Part shown: in pieces, positions 36,440-48,749 of the stretch | Numbering within the stretch: position 1 is the stretch's first letter | How the letters are laid out: each line of letters begins with the position of its first letter | Source: Camelus dromedarius | Taxonomy: Eukaryota | Assembly: GCF_036321535.1 (NCBI RefSeq) | Contig: NC_087437.1 | Span: 20,772,001 to 20,832,000 of the forward strand | Length of the DNA: 60,000 nucleotides | Direction: 5' to 3' | Translations under genes and position numbers: made by a program | The notes under the pieces: generated by a model | What the model saw: only the letters and a program-made list of their open reading frames with translations | What the model was told of the DNA's origin: nothing | Databases searched by the model: none

Positions 36440-37440
36440 TTCAATGCCCTCCCCTCGCGACCCCTCAGAACTGGAGCCACAATGACGTTGAAAAATTAAG
36501 TTAGTATCACAGCGCGCCCCACCGGAAACCGACAACAGATTTACACTGTCAGGGGATAACGCCCACCTCCTCTGTGCGACTCGAGAGTCCTTTCATAGCG
36601 GCAGCCCTGCTCACTGGGGACTCGAGCTCTCGAGGCCCCAGGCTTTAAACACGTCGCCCCACGGCCTGGTCCTAAGCCACACCTCAATGTTTTGGCTCCG
36701 AAACCTCGTCCTCCAGGCCCTTACACGCTGCTCCTACATCCCGCATCTCGGAGATTATCACTTGTGCTGTAATTGCCCGATTACAATTAACAATTGTAAT
36801 TGACAGAGGCCCCAAGTCGGTCTGTCACGTTCCACCTCGGGACTCCTCCCCACAAGACAAACCCTGAGCCACCGCAGCTCAGAGGCCACCCACACACCAG
36901 TTCACACGTCTCCTTCCGGCGCCGCCGAGGGCTGGAAGACGCGATGTGAGGACAGAAATGCGCGTGCGCTGAGGGACCAGGAGGAACTACGACTCCCAGA
37001 ATCCACCCGACAAAGACTCCATTTCCCACAAAGCTCCGCGGGACCCCCACCCCGGACATGCGCTCTTTTTCCGAATGTGGAAGTTAGGGTGAGTCTGGAT
37101 GTGGAGTCGGTTTCTGAAAGGGTAGAACGGCTCGAGGTTTTGTCTACCTCTAGGGGTCGTTCGTGAGTCAGAGAAACAGACTTCGAAAGGAAAGGACCTG
37201 GCGACAGTCCTTCAGTGCAGTGTTCCGTTCCCTCTGGCACGCGCGTCCAGGCCCGCTGCGGCCTTGCACTTTCTGCCTGCCGCGGCTTTGTAGCCCTCTG
37301 CCGCTACGTGCTCTCTCCCCACCTCTGGGCGTCTCTGGAGATAGATGGTCTTGGGTACTCTTTATTCCCAGTCTTGCGTTGCTTGTCTTCCACCGGGAAG
37401 AAGTGAAGACTTTTGCCCCAAGGGCATAACCCACGGGGCT
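36440..37440. promoter_or_regulatory. CpG-rich promoter-like region
   Basis: High CpG density; ETS cttccgg (36913-36919), NRF1-like tgcgcgtgcgc (36959-36969), 5' splice site AGG|gtgagt at 37088/37089. Confidence 0.6.
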
Positions 37441-37949
37441 CCTTGTGTGGATCCCACAGCTCTTTTGCAACTTCCAGCAGTAGCTGCAGGAATCCAAGCT
37501 GTGGACAGTAGCAGGGAGGAGGAAGATCTGTAGTTCCTGACCTGCTGTCCCTGTTCCCAAGAAGGTAACTTTCCTGTGGCCCCAGCTCTGTGGCTATATG
37601 GGGCCCGTCCAGCACAAGTCCTTAAATGCGTGGATTCTCAAGAAAGACAGCCTCCTTCCTCAGACCCTTCAGCCCCCTGCCTCATCCTCAGACCCCAGCA
37701 ACACCTGTCTGGGCCCCACTGCCTATTTTCACCTTTCCCCTCGAGGCCGCTTAGAGCAAATGGCCTGGCTAGAAATGGGAGCAATTGGTGGGGTTGGGAT
37801 TGAGGTAGAGGGTCTGGAGCATTTGGACGGAAAGAGGAAACCAGAAGGGAAGGAGTGGACTAAGAAGGAACTGTAGGGCATTTAAGAGACTCAAAGTTAC
37901 TGAAGCAAAATGGGAGGGTTAGAGCACGGGAGTGAGAGGAAATGAGACC

Positions 37950-38234
37950 TGCCGTCACCGTGTATATCAAAAGGTAGAACTATGTGTATCCCTAAGCAGG
38001 CAGATAAACATATTTTTCAAGAGTTTCAGGCAAGGTCACCTTCCTTTAGTGAAAGGCAGTGATCTAGCAAGCGAATTACCTCACCAGTGCTGGTCCTGAA
38101 ATTTCAGACTGCTTAGAGTTCACGTTCCAAGGAGAGGCTGAAATTGCAGTTGGTTAGGTATTAAGTCTTGGTTTGTTGACATGAGACTTAGCACAAGTGA
38201 ATCCATTTGGGGCCTATTGTTTCTTCTTTTAACA
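37950..38234 (-). mobile_element. ERV1-type LTR fragment
   Basis: Ends ...cacaagtgaatccatttggggcctattgtttcttcttttaaca, an LTR-type terminus. Confidence 0.5.
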
Positions 38235-38386
38235 GAATGTCGTTAATGAAGCTATAGAAGTATTCATTTTACTCAATTTTGAGCCTTGAGTACCTGTCCT
38301 TTTGATATTCCGTGTGACAGAATGGGAGGTATACATCAAGCAAGTCTGCTGCATACCAAGGTACTGTATTTGTCTGGAGGAAAAAA

Positions 38387-38935
38387 TGTTTAACAAAGTA
38401 GTTACATGTGCAGTCTTTGAACCCCTATACCGTTGTATAAGAATGTGCCATGGGCCTGGAAAATTTCCTTACAAAGATAAAAAGAGCTCTCACAGCCTGT
38501 GCTGGGCATATCTCTTTGTTTGGAATATCTTTCTCTGTTCCAGACTGGATGTGTACTTCTTTGTTCTGCTTCAGTGTGTGTGTCATATGACACCTGACCA
38601 ACCCTACTGCTGTATCTGTTCCAGGAGGGGAGGGAATGGGGTCCTTTGCTTGTAGCACAAGAGGAGTGCACACAGTTCTGCTGGCCATGGGGGACAATCA
38701 CCACTGAAGCTGATCTTGCTCTTTCTCTTCACAAGTAAAGAGTAAAGGACTGTTCCACCCAGTGCCTCTGTGAGTCGTGTTTTTCTGGCAACCCGGGCGC
38801 CCTGGCACCTGCGAACCGTGGAGCAGGTTGACATCCTGGGGCTGCCAGTCCTGTGGCAGGTATTCTTATACCAATTGCTATCCTCCATGTGTTAAGACTC
38901 CTCCGCTGGAGATGGTGATCGGTGTCATCTGCCCA
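38387..38935 (+). mobile_element. Solo LTR (family not assigned, probably ERVL) inserted in Charlie1a
   Basis: TG...CA ends, 549 bp, AGTAAA-type signals near 38735-38746; interrupts colinear Charlie1a at an A-run. Confidence 0.65.
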
Positions 38936-39304
38936 AGAAAAAGCAATTCTATGCTTGGTTGATTTGCTAGGTGCACTAGTCTCTCTTCTTAAAAACACCT
39001 CTTTTACTTGAATGGATGACAGTGATTTTTTGGACTTGGATGTTGAGTAAACACTTTCTAGAAAATGAACAAAATTAGCTTGTCCTGTCAAGAGAATCCA
39101 ACTGACATTATTTGTTGCCAGTGATAAAATGTGGTCTTTCAAGCGAAAACTAGAATTTTAAAGAATTATGTCTACCATATATCATGACAGCTTCTGTTTA
39201 AAAGATTCTTTGGATGAGCTTGGCGGCAATACCTGCAAATGTGATTTTAAAAAATATACTGAATAATGGAATGTGTCGATATTTGAAAGGTCTGCATAAC
39301 TCGG

Positions 39305-39822
39305 TATATTAGACATCTGTTGTTGCTTTAAAAATTACTCTAAGACATAGTAATTTAAAACAACAAATATTTATTATCTCACAGTTTCTGTGGGTGAAGA
39401 ATTTGGGAGCAACTTAAATAGGTGGTTCTGATTTAGGGCTTTGCCTACAGTTGCAGTCAAGATGTCTGTTTTGAAAGTGTGGCTGGAGCTAGGCTATCTG
39501 CTTCCAAGATGGCACACTCACATGGCTGTTGGCAGGACACTTGGTTTCTTACCACGTGGACCTCTCCGCAGGACTTTGAGCATCCTGACAACATGGCAGG
39601 TAGCTTCCCCCAGAGTAAGTGATCCAAGAGAGAGGGAGCAACATAGAAGCCTCCATGTCTTTTATGATCTACCCTCTTAAGTCACACTGTGCTTTCTACC
39701 CCATTCTACTCATTAGAACTGAGTCACAGGTACAGCCCATATTCAAGAAGAGGGAAGTTAAGTTCCACCTCCTAAAGGGAGGAGTACCAAAGAATCCATG
39801 GACATATTTTAATAGCACTACA
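39305..39822 (-). mobile_element. MaLR solo LTR (MLT1F-like) inserted in Charlie1a
   Basis: aaaacaacaaatatttattatctcacagtttctgtggg...gcactaca. Confidence 0.8.
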
Positions 39823-40006
39823 TTTAGTGAACCAGTATTTTCCAAATGACCACTGTGTGATGTTACAAAACCATGAAGCATGGGTAGAAAAAAGTCTATT
39901 CCACATGTAAAAGCCCAATGGATTTTTAATGTAACAGAGTAGGAGTAGTTCATTGATGTTGCTTTAGATTCCACATTGCTACTAACCTTTAAGAAGCAAT
40001 CATTTG

Positions 40007-40439
40007 CTGGCCATATTTCCTCTCTTGGATTGGCCTGCTCCTAATTCTTGGAAGTGTACTATCTTTCACTATTTTTTTTTACTTCACTAATAAAAATCTT
40101 GCTTATATCATGCTTTTTGTCTCTCATCAAAAATTCTTTTTTTTTTCGGGTGACTAAAAACCAAGGTAATTCTTATTTCCCTTTTCCCGGTAACGTTAAT
40201 TTTGGTGCTATGACCCAGATTGCGTGCTTAAATCCAATCTTTCCTCCATCATTTTCCCCTCCCTCCCCGAGGCCAGCGGAGCACAAGCTCCGGGGGCCAG
40301 CTGTGGGGGCTGGAGCGAGGACACAGGGCTTGCAGCTGCAGGCGGCGCTGGGCCAATCAAGCAGCGAGTGGCCCATCTGGGACCCCGTGCTGGGCCTGTT
40401 GCTGCGCGAGGGTAAAAAATAAAAAGTCAAAAAACGAAG
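40007..40439 (+). mobile_element. Retroposed ERV 5' fragment (LTR 3' part, PBS, leader, A-rich tail)
   Basis: 16-bp TSD aag(a/c)agcaatcatttg (39991-40006, 40440-40455); AATAAA 40089; tRNA-His-like PBS 40203-40220; tail from ~40414. Confidence 0.7.
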
Positions 40440-43400
40440 AAGCAGCAATCATTTGTTGAGTTTTGGTGTAGTATCAAACAAGAATATCCAAAATCATCTG
40501 AAAAGACTATTAAAACATTCTCCTCATTTCTAACTACTTATCTTTGTGAGGCCAAATTTTCTTCATATACTTCACCCAAAACAACATTAGAACAGACTGG
40601 AATGCAGAAGCAGACATGAGAATCCAGCTGTCTTCTTTAATTAAGCCAGACAGATTTGCAAAAATGTAAGACAGTGCAGCTCTTCTCACTAATTACTTTT
40701 TGTTTGGAAAATAATTTTTCTTAATGTGTGTGTGCAGTGACATGTATTGGATTTATTATTGTAACTTGTAAATGAATTAAGTATCTTAACATTTTCTCAG
40801 TTTTAACTTCTGATGTGTTCAGCATTGATAGATACAAGCGATACTAACAAAAGCTCTTTGGCATCCTTAATCATTTGTAAGAGTGTAAAGGGGTCCAGAG
40901 ACCAAAAAGTTTGAACTGCCCAAGCAGTCATGATGGTCCTGTCGGCCTTGAAATGGCATGTTTAGGTCTGGGCATGTGGTGCAGTTCTGTCCAATGATAC
41001 ATAAGGTGAGGTGTAGGTACTGTGTTCAGTTTTCAGTTCAGGGTATTAAGTGGAAACATACATTAACAATCCCATCTTCAAAGGGATTGGTAATGTTCTG
41101 TTTCTTAAACTAGATGATTGATATGTGATATTTATTCACCTTCTTTATCTCTTACATATTATTTTGTGTGTAAAGTATTTTATAACAAAAAAGTTGAAAG
41201 AACACACAGAAGAGAAGATTCCCCTTCCTCTATATAAGCATTGTGTCCGTTTTGCTGCATATTCGTCTGGTATATTGGGCCGAAGTGTGCACTGTTGGGA
41301 TTTAAAGAATTTTGTGTGTTTCATGGCTCTCTGAGTCTGTGTCAATGACATATTTGTGATATTTGATTTGTAACCTGAGAGTACCCAGACCTCTCGCCAC
41401 GTATGCAAACTCACCACTTTCACAAGGCCGTCAGTTCAGGTTATACAAAGTCCCTCGTAAAAAGACCTTCTCTCCTTCTTAGTCCCTTCTCCCCTAGGGT
41501 CAGGCAGGATGCCAGTGTCTGTCATGCATCACATCTCTGCCAAGTTCTCTCACCTAAAGCTCTCATAAGAGTAGATGTCTACTTGGCTTGCCAGCCCACC
41601 AGTTCTGCAAATTGCCACACACTGAATCCACTGTAGACCCCTTTTAGAACTTGTATGAGCACCTCATAAATGAAGCCCACAACAGATACAAAGGCGGGCT
41701 CACTACACCACTGTGGAGTGAGCGGACCCTCTCCCAATGTGGTCACCCATGAGGTTCCAGCAATTCGCATGCTCACTGAAGGACCTGGGGCCATGAAACC
41801 ATAGTTCCTGGGTGTCCCTACCCCACCTCTTAATGTCACTTTCTCAGAAGTTCATAAATTAAGTAACAAATTAAAGAATTAAACAATCCCATGAACAAGT
41901 TTGAATGGATACCTGAACAAAATCTGGGCTTGGCTATGATGGGTGAAGGGGGAGTGGCCACTGGGCAAGCACAAAAAAATCTGCTGTAATTATCTATATA
42001 TATATGTGTATTTTAAATCTTTCCACAGTAAGATATATTGCTGTGTGACTAAAAAATCTATATTGATATGGATATGCTGGTAAAGGAAGCAGACCCATTT
42101 GCTGAAACCCAGTTCACTGATCGATCCACCACATTTGCTTGCTGCTTTTGCCTGTTTATAAAGTTTACAGCAATTCATACTGGGTGGAATTTTTTAAACA
42201 ACCTTTGAACATTTCTGCAAAATCCTAGTTGGCCAGTATTCCATTATATCTGCATGATGGCATTTTAAGGACTATTCAGTCTGTTGCAGCCCAGTTAGAA
42301 GAGAAGGGACACCTAGGAGAAAATATTCATGAAGAATAAGACATCCTAACTGAAAAATGGACAAAGAATATGAACAGGCAGTTCACAGATTCAGAAATAC
42401 AGTTGACCAAAAAACATTTGACAAGATTTTAACATTATTAGTAATCAAGAAAATACAGGATAAAGCAGCAGGAATATGTCTATTTTTACAACATACTATA
42501 AGGTAGTTAAAAAGAGTAGTAGGCTTGGTGAAGTTGTTCTGACATCAAGCCGTTTCATAGAATTCAATGTTGATGTAAGTGTAAGTTGGTACAGAATTTT
42601 TCGTAGGCAATTTGGCTGTATAAATCACCAGTAAAATGCCTGTGTTTCCTTTGAGGTATGGGGAGGTAGGAAAGAGTGGGCAGGGCTAAAGCTCTGGCAA
42701 GTAAAGGGGGCGATCTGTGGGTCTGGGAGTGATTTGAGGGGCCAGGATTGATGGGTGACGGGGGGAAGGGCCAGGGATTAGGAACCAGAAGGTCTTGAAA
42801 GGACTGGAGGAATTGAGCACAAATGGCAGTGGAAGGACTGACAGGGGTTAAAAACAACTGAAGAAACTTGATAAGAGGGAGGGGAAGGGGTGGGACTGGC
42901 AGAAATGTAGGATGGAAACAACTGACTTTCAGTGAACTGACCTAGAGCCGCTGGCAAACAGGCCCTGTTAACATTGAGCAAGGCCCCTGTGGAAGAAGAT
43001 TTGAAGCAAACAGGAAACATGAATTTTCAGAGTGCTACTCACTGCCTTACAGAGTTCTTTTACTTCCTCTTGACTTGGCCCTGTTATTACATTGTAGTTT
43101 GCCTCTAAAGCAACCTGAGATCTTTGAAAGCTCCTTGGAAGCCTCTGATGGTCAAAGGTTTGTGTCTTTCCCACGTGATCCTAAGGTACAAAATAGACCT
43201 TTCAGCTGCCTCTAGCAGAAACTTCCTTTGTTACTCTTAAAATTTAGGAAATTGCTTCAGATCCTGAGAGGGCATGAAGCAAGGCTCTCTCTGCAGTAGA
43301 CTGTAGCTGTGCATAAGGGGGTGCAGATCCCAAGACTTACTCTCTTGTCTCTCGGTTTGAGGCAGGCATTCTTTTAGGAGGTAAACAGCCCTGTGGTCAC

Positions 43401-43479
43401 TGACTTTCTTTGTGGTTCATGCCATTTTTCACAGGGCAACCAGACAGCAAGAATCTCCAGGGGCTGGGTGTGGAGTGGG

Positions 43480-43735
43480 GTTATAGGCCGAATCATATCC
43501 CCCTAAATTACATATGTTAAAGCCCTACCACCTGTTATTTCAGAATGTGACTGTATTTGGAGATGGGGCCTTTAAAAGGAAAGATTAAGTTAAATGAGGC
43601 CATTAGAGTGGGCCCTAATCCAATCTGACAAGTCTTACAAGAAGAGCAAATTTGGCCACAAAAAAGTCACGCCAGGGATGGGCACACTCAGAGAAAAGGC
43701 CCTGTGAAGATACAGCAAGAAGGTAGCCACCTGGA
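43480..43735 (+). mobile_element. MaLR LTR, partial (MLT1B/C-like)
   Basis: cagaatgtgactgtatttggagatggggcctttaaa...attaagttaaatgaggccattagagtgggccctaatccaat. Confidence 0.8.
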
Positions 43736-46700
43736 GGCCTGAGTGTAGATGGGCCTGAGCTTAAAGATGTGGATGGTGACATGGTCTTGCTAGGCTGAGA
43801 GAATGAAAAAAAGGGAAGACAACCTCAGACTTAGGGAAAGGTTGAGGGAGTAAGTAACAGCTTGTTCCACTGGAAGATTCTTTGGGTCCTGGTATTCCAA
43901 AGAAACTAGCCAAACTCAGTAGACTCACGCTTCAGCATTGCCTTTTTCTTTGTATAATACCCACCTAAATTCCAGCCAGTTGCTTACTGTGCCTCCAGCA
44001 GGCGCCTGAATTTCAAGGTCGTGCTCACTGCTGTACCCTCAGCACCATCACCTAGAGCAGTGGTACTCAGCAAGCATTTGCTTGAATGGATTAGTGTCTG
44101 TACATATGGGTAGATGAGTGTATGCATGAATCTATCTGCGTCCAGGATACAGTGTCTGCTCCTGCTTCCCACAGCAACTTGTGATTCTTTCTCCTTCCAC
44201 CTGCCCCCTGATGGGTCTAAAAGCCCTTAGTCATTCAGCTCAAATGCCCTAGCTTTGGAGACCAGCTACTTATTAACTAAACCGTTGCACCACTCGTTCT
44301 TATAGCCTTAAATTAATTTGGGTTAATTCTTAACTGTTTCCTTTCTGTTCATGTGTCATTTAATGGTTTGCCTTTATCTGATTTTCCCCAATTTCCTGTG
44401 CATTTGTGGTTTTCTACAGGAGCTCTATACCAGAGGCCTCACACAGCCACACCAGAGTGTGGGCACCTAAGTTTTCTAGGAGGCTCTCCTGCTGCTCTGG
44501 GTCTCATCCAATTGGTGTCCATCCAAACATTCCCACCCGAGGTTATTTATGCTAGAGGAGGAAGAATGCCCGCCCCAGAGCCAGTTCTCGGGGAAAAGAA
44601 GAATTGTTGATATAGCCCGAGCCCCCAGAGAGGAAAGATTTCTCTGCAACAGCTAAAGGTTGGTGACATACTTTTTCTCCAACTCAGTGAAAGCTGTCCA
44701 TGCTTGTTTTCTTTCCCATGAATTTCATTAGTGTGTTTTGTCCAAATGACCTTTGGAATAAACAGGAAGGAAAAATTTTAAATCGATAGGATAAGCTTCA
44801 TGGGGGACTGAGAGTTTATCCATCATTGATTCTCAACATCTAGCATAGTTCCTGACAGGCTTAATGAATGTTTGATGAAGGACGGAGAGAAAGATAGGAG
44901 AGAAGGTGAGGAAAAGGAAGGGACTGGAGAAGGGCATGAATGGAAAGAATGTTCATGTATTATTCAGAAATAATGTTTTTTGTGTTTTCAAACTGATTAG
45001 TTGCATTATCGCTGACACCTAGAATCAATAAAACAAATTAAGTCATTTTGCAAATTGAAATTTTATTTATGAAGATAAAATTATAGTAGACAACCAGAAT
45101 AACAACAGCAACAAAAACAAAAACCAAGGACTTTATTTATGGATAAATGCAATCTGGACATGGAGGTGATAGAAATGACTGCATCTGATCAGCTTGGTGT
45201 GTAGAAAAGGTCAACTAATCAGAAACTGTGCATTCAAGAAATTTAAAAATATCTGGGTTCCCTGCTGTTGAAAGGGGTTAACCACACAGTAATTCAGCAA
45301 ATGCTCAACCATATTTAATTATGTGTCAGGGAGAAATATCTCAGTGCAGGAAAAGAAAAAGATTAAGGAAATTAGCTTTTTTTTTTTTTTTTTTTTTTTT
45401 TTAGTATCATTCTTTCATTTATTTGAGATCGTACGGCTCCACAGTTCAGGTTTAGAAAATAATTCTAAATGACACTTACATGGCAAAAGAACAGACCACT
45501 GTGGTGAAGGTAGAAGGGGAATAAGTAAGACATAGTTTTTATAAAATCAAGATCTGAAAACTAAGGAACTGTTTCCTCAGCAATTCAGATAGTGGCATTT
45601 ATTAAAGTTCTCAATGTTAGGAAGAGTCACTATAATTTTATATTCTTTTAATTTGGGGAAAATAAAATATAACCTAGGAGAAAAATCTGAAACCATTTCC
45701 ATAGTAAATTCAGGAAAATCTGTTTTGACACCAGTCTTGCAAAATTGCATAAATGAGGCGTATAATTTGTTTTGAAGGGCTTGCCAGAATGATTTAGACT
45801 ATCATGATCAGCACAACTGTATTATAAAAGAAGACTGCTGTAATGTAGGTAGATAATGACTGGTGACTGAAAAAAAAAGAGAATACTATCTTGGCTTCTG
45901 TGGGGTGTTCCTGAAGTTAGAATAATTCAGTTTTTTGTGTGTACAATAAATTTTACCTGTGAAACTGATTAGTGCAAGAGTTCAGTAGGCCCCAAACTTC
46001 AGCCAGTGATAATTTTCGTCCTCCCTTTTGCCACTTGTTCTGCTATTTAACATGTTTTTTCCTTTAAATCAACTTTTTTTAACTTAAAAATATTTAAAAA
46101 GAAAGTTAGTGGTTATTACAACCTAAAGTCGTCTCTGATGGGCATTCTTTGGAAAACACTTCAATAATAAAATAATAATTATTAATAATAAAAATAATTT
46201 AAGACTATTTCAAAACTATTTCTATAAGATAGAGACATACTGGTGGAGAAGAAATCAGAATCCTTAGAGTGCATGGGAAAGAGTTGGGATAAATCATATG
46301 CTCAGGTTACAGTTTGCCTTTTGTGGCTTTATTTAAGAAGCAAGTTAATGTTTACATGACATTGAACTTCAAAGTCCAGGCAATAAGGAGGAAAACAGTG
46401 AGAGAGAACAACAGTTGGCTTGTCAATGCTTGCTTTTCCTAACCCTGTGGAGAGGCCCCAGGGGGCAGCAGTGCGCAAACACTGGGGGAAACCAAAGCAT
46501 GCGGTGGGGTCTTATCTTAATAACGTACAATAATTTTTTAAATTAAATTATACAGATTTATTATGCAAAGATACAAGTGCCATGTTTCCTAACTCACATG
46601 GCCCTAATTCCTGTTGGAGTTTCATTATGTCTTTAAATAATGATCTCTTTTTTCTAAAAGTCTTGGTGTTAAGTTCTTGACCTTCCTTCCTTGGTATGAT

Positions 46701-47232
46701 GCAATCTTTGACCACGTCGTGTGTCTTTACTATGATATTCTTGGTTTATAGAAGTGAGCGCTGTTATTGTAACAAAGGAGGGCATTATTTGTCCACATAA
46801 TACAGTGAAACAGCATTATTCTTTTCAAGTACTTCCCTTCTGATTCTTCCCTCTTGTAGGGGATTTTCACTTATTCCTGACTTTTAAGTTAGGCCAGCCT
46901 CACACATGACACCAGCAGGTGGACAAGGGGTGAGGGCCCCCCAGATGGGCCCCTGGACGTGATATCCTTCCAGGCTTACTTCAAAGGGAACCTCCATGCC
47001 TGGAATCAGCAGTAAATCAGTGCTTCCCTGGAGGGAAATCCCTACTCGCTTTTAAAATCTCATCATATGGTATTTTGAGGTGCACGTAGATACACTTAGA
47101 AATGTTATGTCCCATAAAAGGGCTAGTTGACAGGTCTATGTGTTCCCAGAAGAGTATCTGAAAGACAGGAAAGGAAGCAGGAGAGATTTCCTTCAGGTGA
47201 AAGGGGAGGATGAGATTTAAAGAGCTAACTGC

Positions 47233-48199
47233 TTTCCCACTCAAGGAAGGGGCACATGACTCCCCAGTCCTGCAGTGTGGGCCGCATGTAGTGACTTCCT
47301 TCCAAAGAGCACAGTGTGGAAGTGGGCGGGGAGGGACTTTATAGTGGGGAGACCTGCAGACACCACCTCAGCCGGGCGACCGAGGTCAACATCAACAGCG
47401 ATCACTCGTGCTGACGGTGTGTAGGTACCTCGATGTGATGTGGTGAAAGCGGCCCTTGGCCTCTGTGGTCTTCCTCTGCAAAACCTATAACCCCAGTCTG
47501 ATAATGAGAAAAACATCAGACAAGCCCAAACTGAAGGAAATTCTATAAATACCTGACCCGTAGTACCTCTCAAAACTGTTAAGTTCATCAAAGACAAGGG
47601 AAGTGTGTGAAACTATCACAGCCCAGAGAAACCTAAAGAGGCATGACAACTGAATGCTTTCCTAGAACAAAAAGGACAATACTTAAAAATTAAGGAACTC
47701 TGAATAAAGTATGGATTTTAGTTAATAATAATGTATCAGTATTGGTACATTAGTTATGACAGATGTACCACAGTAAGGTGTGAACAATAGGGGAAACTTG
47801 AGTGTTGAGTACATGGGAATTCTATTACCTTTTTTTTTTTACTTTGTTAATTGCGATATACAGTTTACAATGTGTCAGTTTCTGGTGTACAGCACAATGC
47901 TTCAGTCATACATGAATATACATATATTTGTTTTTATATTCTTTTTTCACCATAAGCTACTACAAGATATAGAATATAGTTCCCTGTGCTATACAGTATA
48001 AACTGGTTTATCTATTTTATATATACGAGTCAGTATCTGCAAATCTCAAACTCCCAATTTATCCCTTCCCATCTTCTTCCCCCTGGTAACCATAAATTTG
48101 TTTTCGACATCTGTGAGTCTGTTTCTATTTCTATTACCTTCTTGACTTTTCTCTAATCCTAAAACTATTCTAGAATAAAAAGTTTATTTGAAAAAAAAA
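47233..48199 (+). mobile_element. Ancient L1 3' end (L1MC/L1MD-like)
   Basis: Characteristic 3' UTR (aacctataaccccagtctgataatgagaaaaacatcagacaag), AATAAA and poly(A); TSD aaa(g/a)agctaactgc at 47219 and 48200. Confidence 0.75.
47832..48128 (-). mobile_element. Young L1 3' end nested in the older L1
   Basis: TSD ttctattacctt (47820-47831, 48129-48140), poly(T), same family as the 48750-49665 copy. Confidence 0.88.
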
Positions 48200-48749
48200 A
48201 AAAAGCTAACTGCCAGAGAAACCACTGATTGGAAAACTACTGAGACTCTTCGTGACCTGCAATATTTCCTGAAAATCCAAGAGAAACTTTATAATCACAT
48301 CAAGAACTAGATGGTGCCTCTGGTGACTATCACCCCAAGATCAATGGGGACCAATTCTAGTTGTACAGTCTAGTACTTGAAGTTACTTCAAGAGAGAGAA
48401 ACCAAGAGGAAAAGCAGGGAGAAATTGTTTAGTATACACATTCATTCATTCACACACACCCCTGCGATGAAAAGTGATACCCTCTCTGCTGGTTCAACTC
48501 TCCCAGTGTCCGAGGACTTCTCTGTGTCTATCCATCCTTACAGGTGGTGTTTCTCACACACTTTCCTGTGTCTACTACCTTACCTCTTTCTGTCCTCGGC
48601 TTCATCTACCACTGACCTGCCATAACTCTCTCATCTGTAAATAGATCCACCTGTCTAAAGACGTCCCCACTTGCACAACGCACAGTGGTACTTAGCACTT
48701 CTCAAACTTGCTGAGCCCATGCTCTTTCTTTTTTGTCTAGTTGTATCAC

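Larger units (their letters stand above)
38235..40918 (+). mobile_element. Charlie1a-like hAT transposon remnant (transposase 3' half and right end) in four pieces
   Basis: Colinear segments 38235-38386, 38936-39304, 39823-40006 and 40456-40918 match recalled Charlie1a (gcagaagcagacatgagaatccagctgtcttct...gagtgtaaaggggtccagagaccaaaaagtttga). Confidence 0.8.

Noticed and set aside
38729..39142. Domesticated transposase in the Charlie1a region
   Set aside because: The element is fragmented by insertions, and the listed ORFs are antisense or out of frame with no intact transposase.
45377..45402. Long poly(T) as a retrocopy tail
   Set aside because: No TSD or adjacent retroelement body was recognisable.
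46453..46470. Additional CTCF-like motif ggccccagggggcagc
   Set aside because: Mismatches in the CCA part of the core; too weak without binding data.
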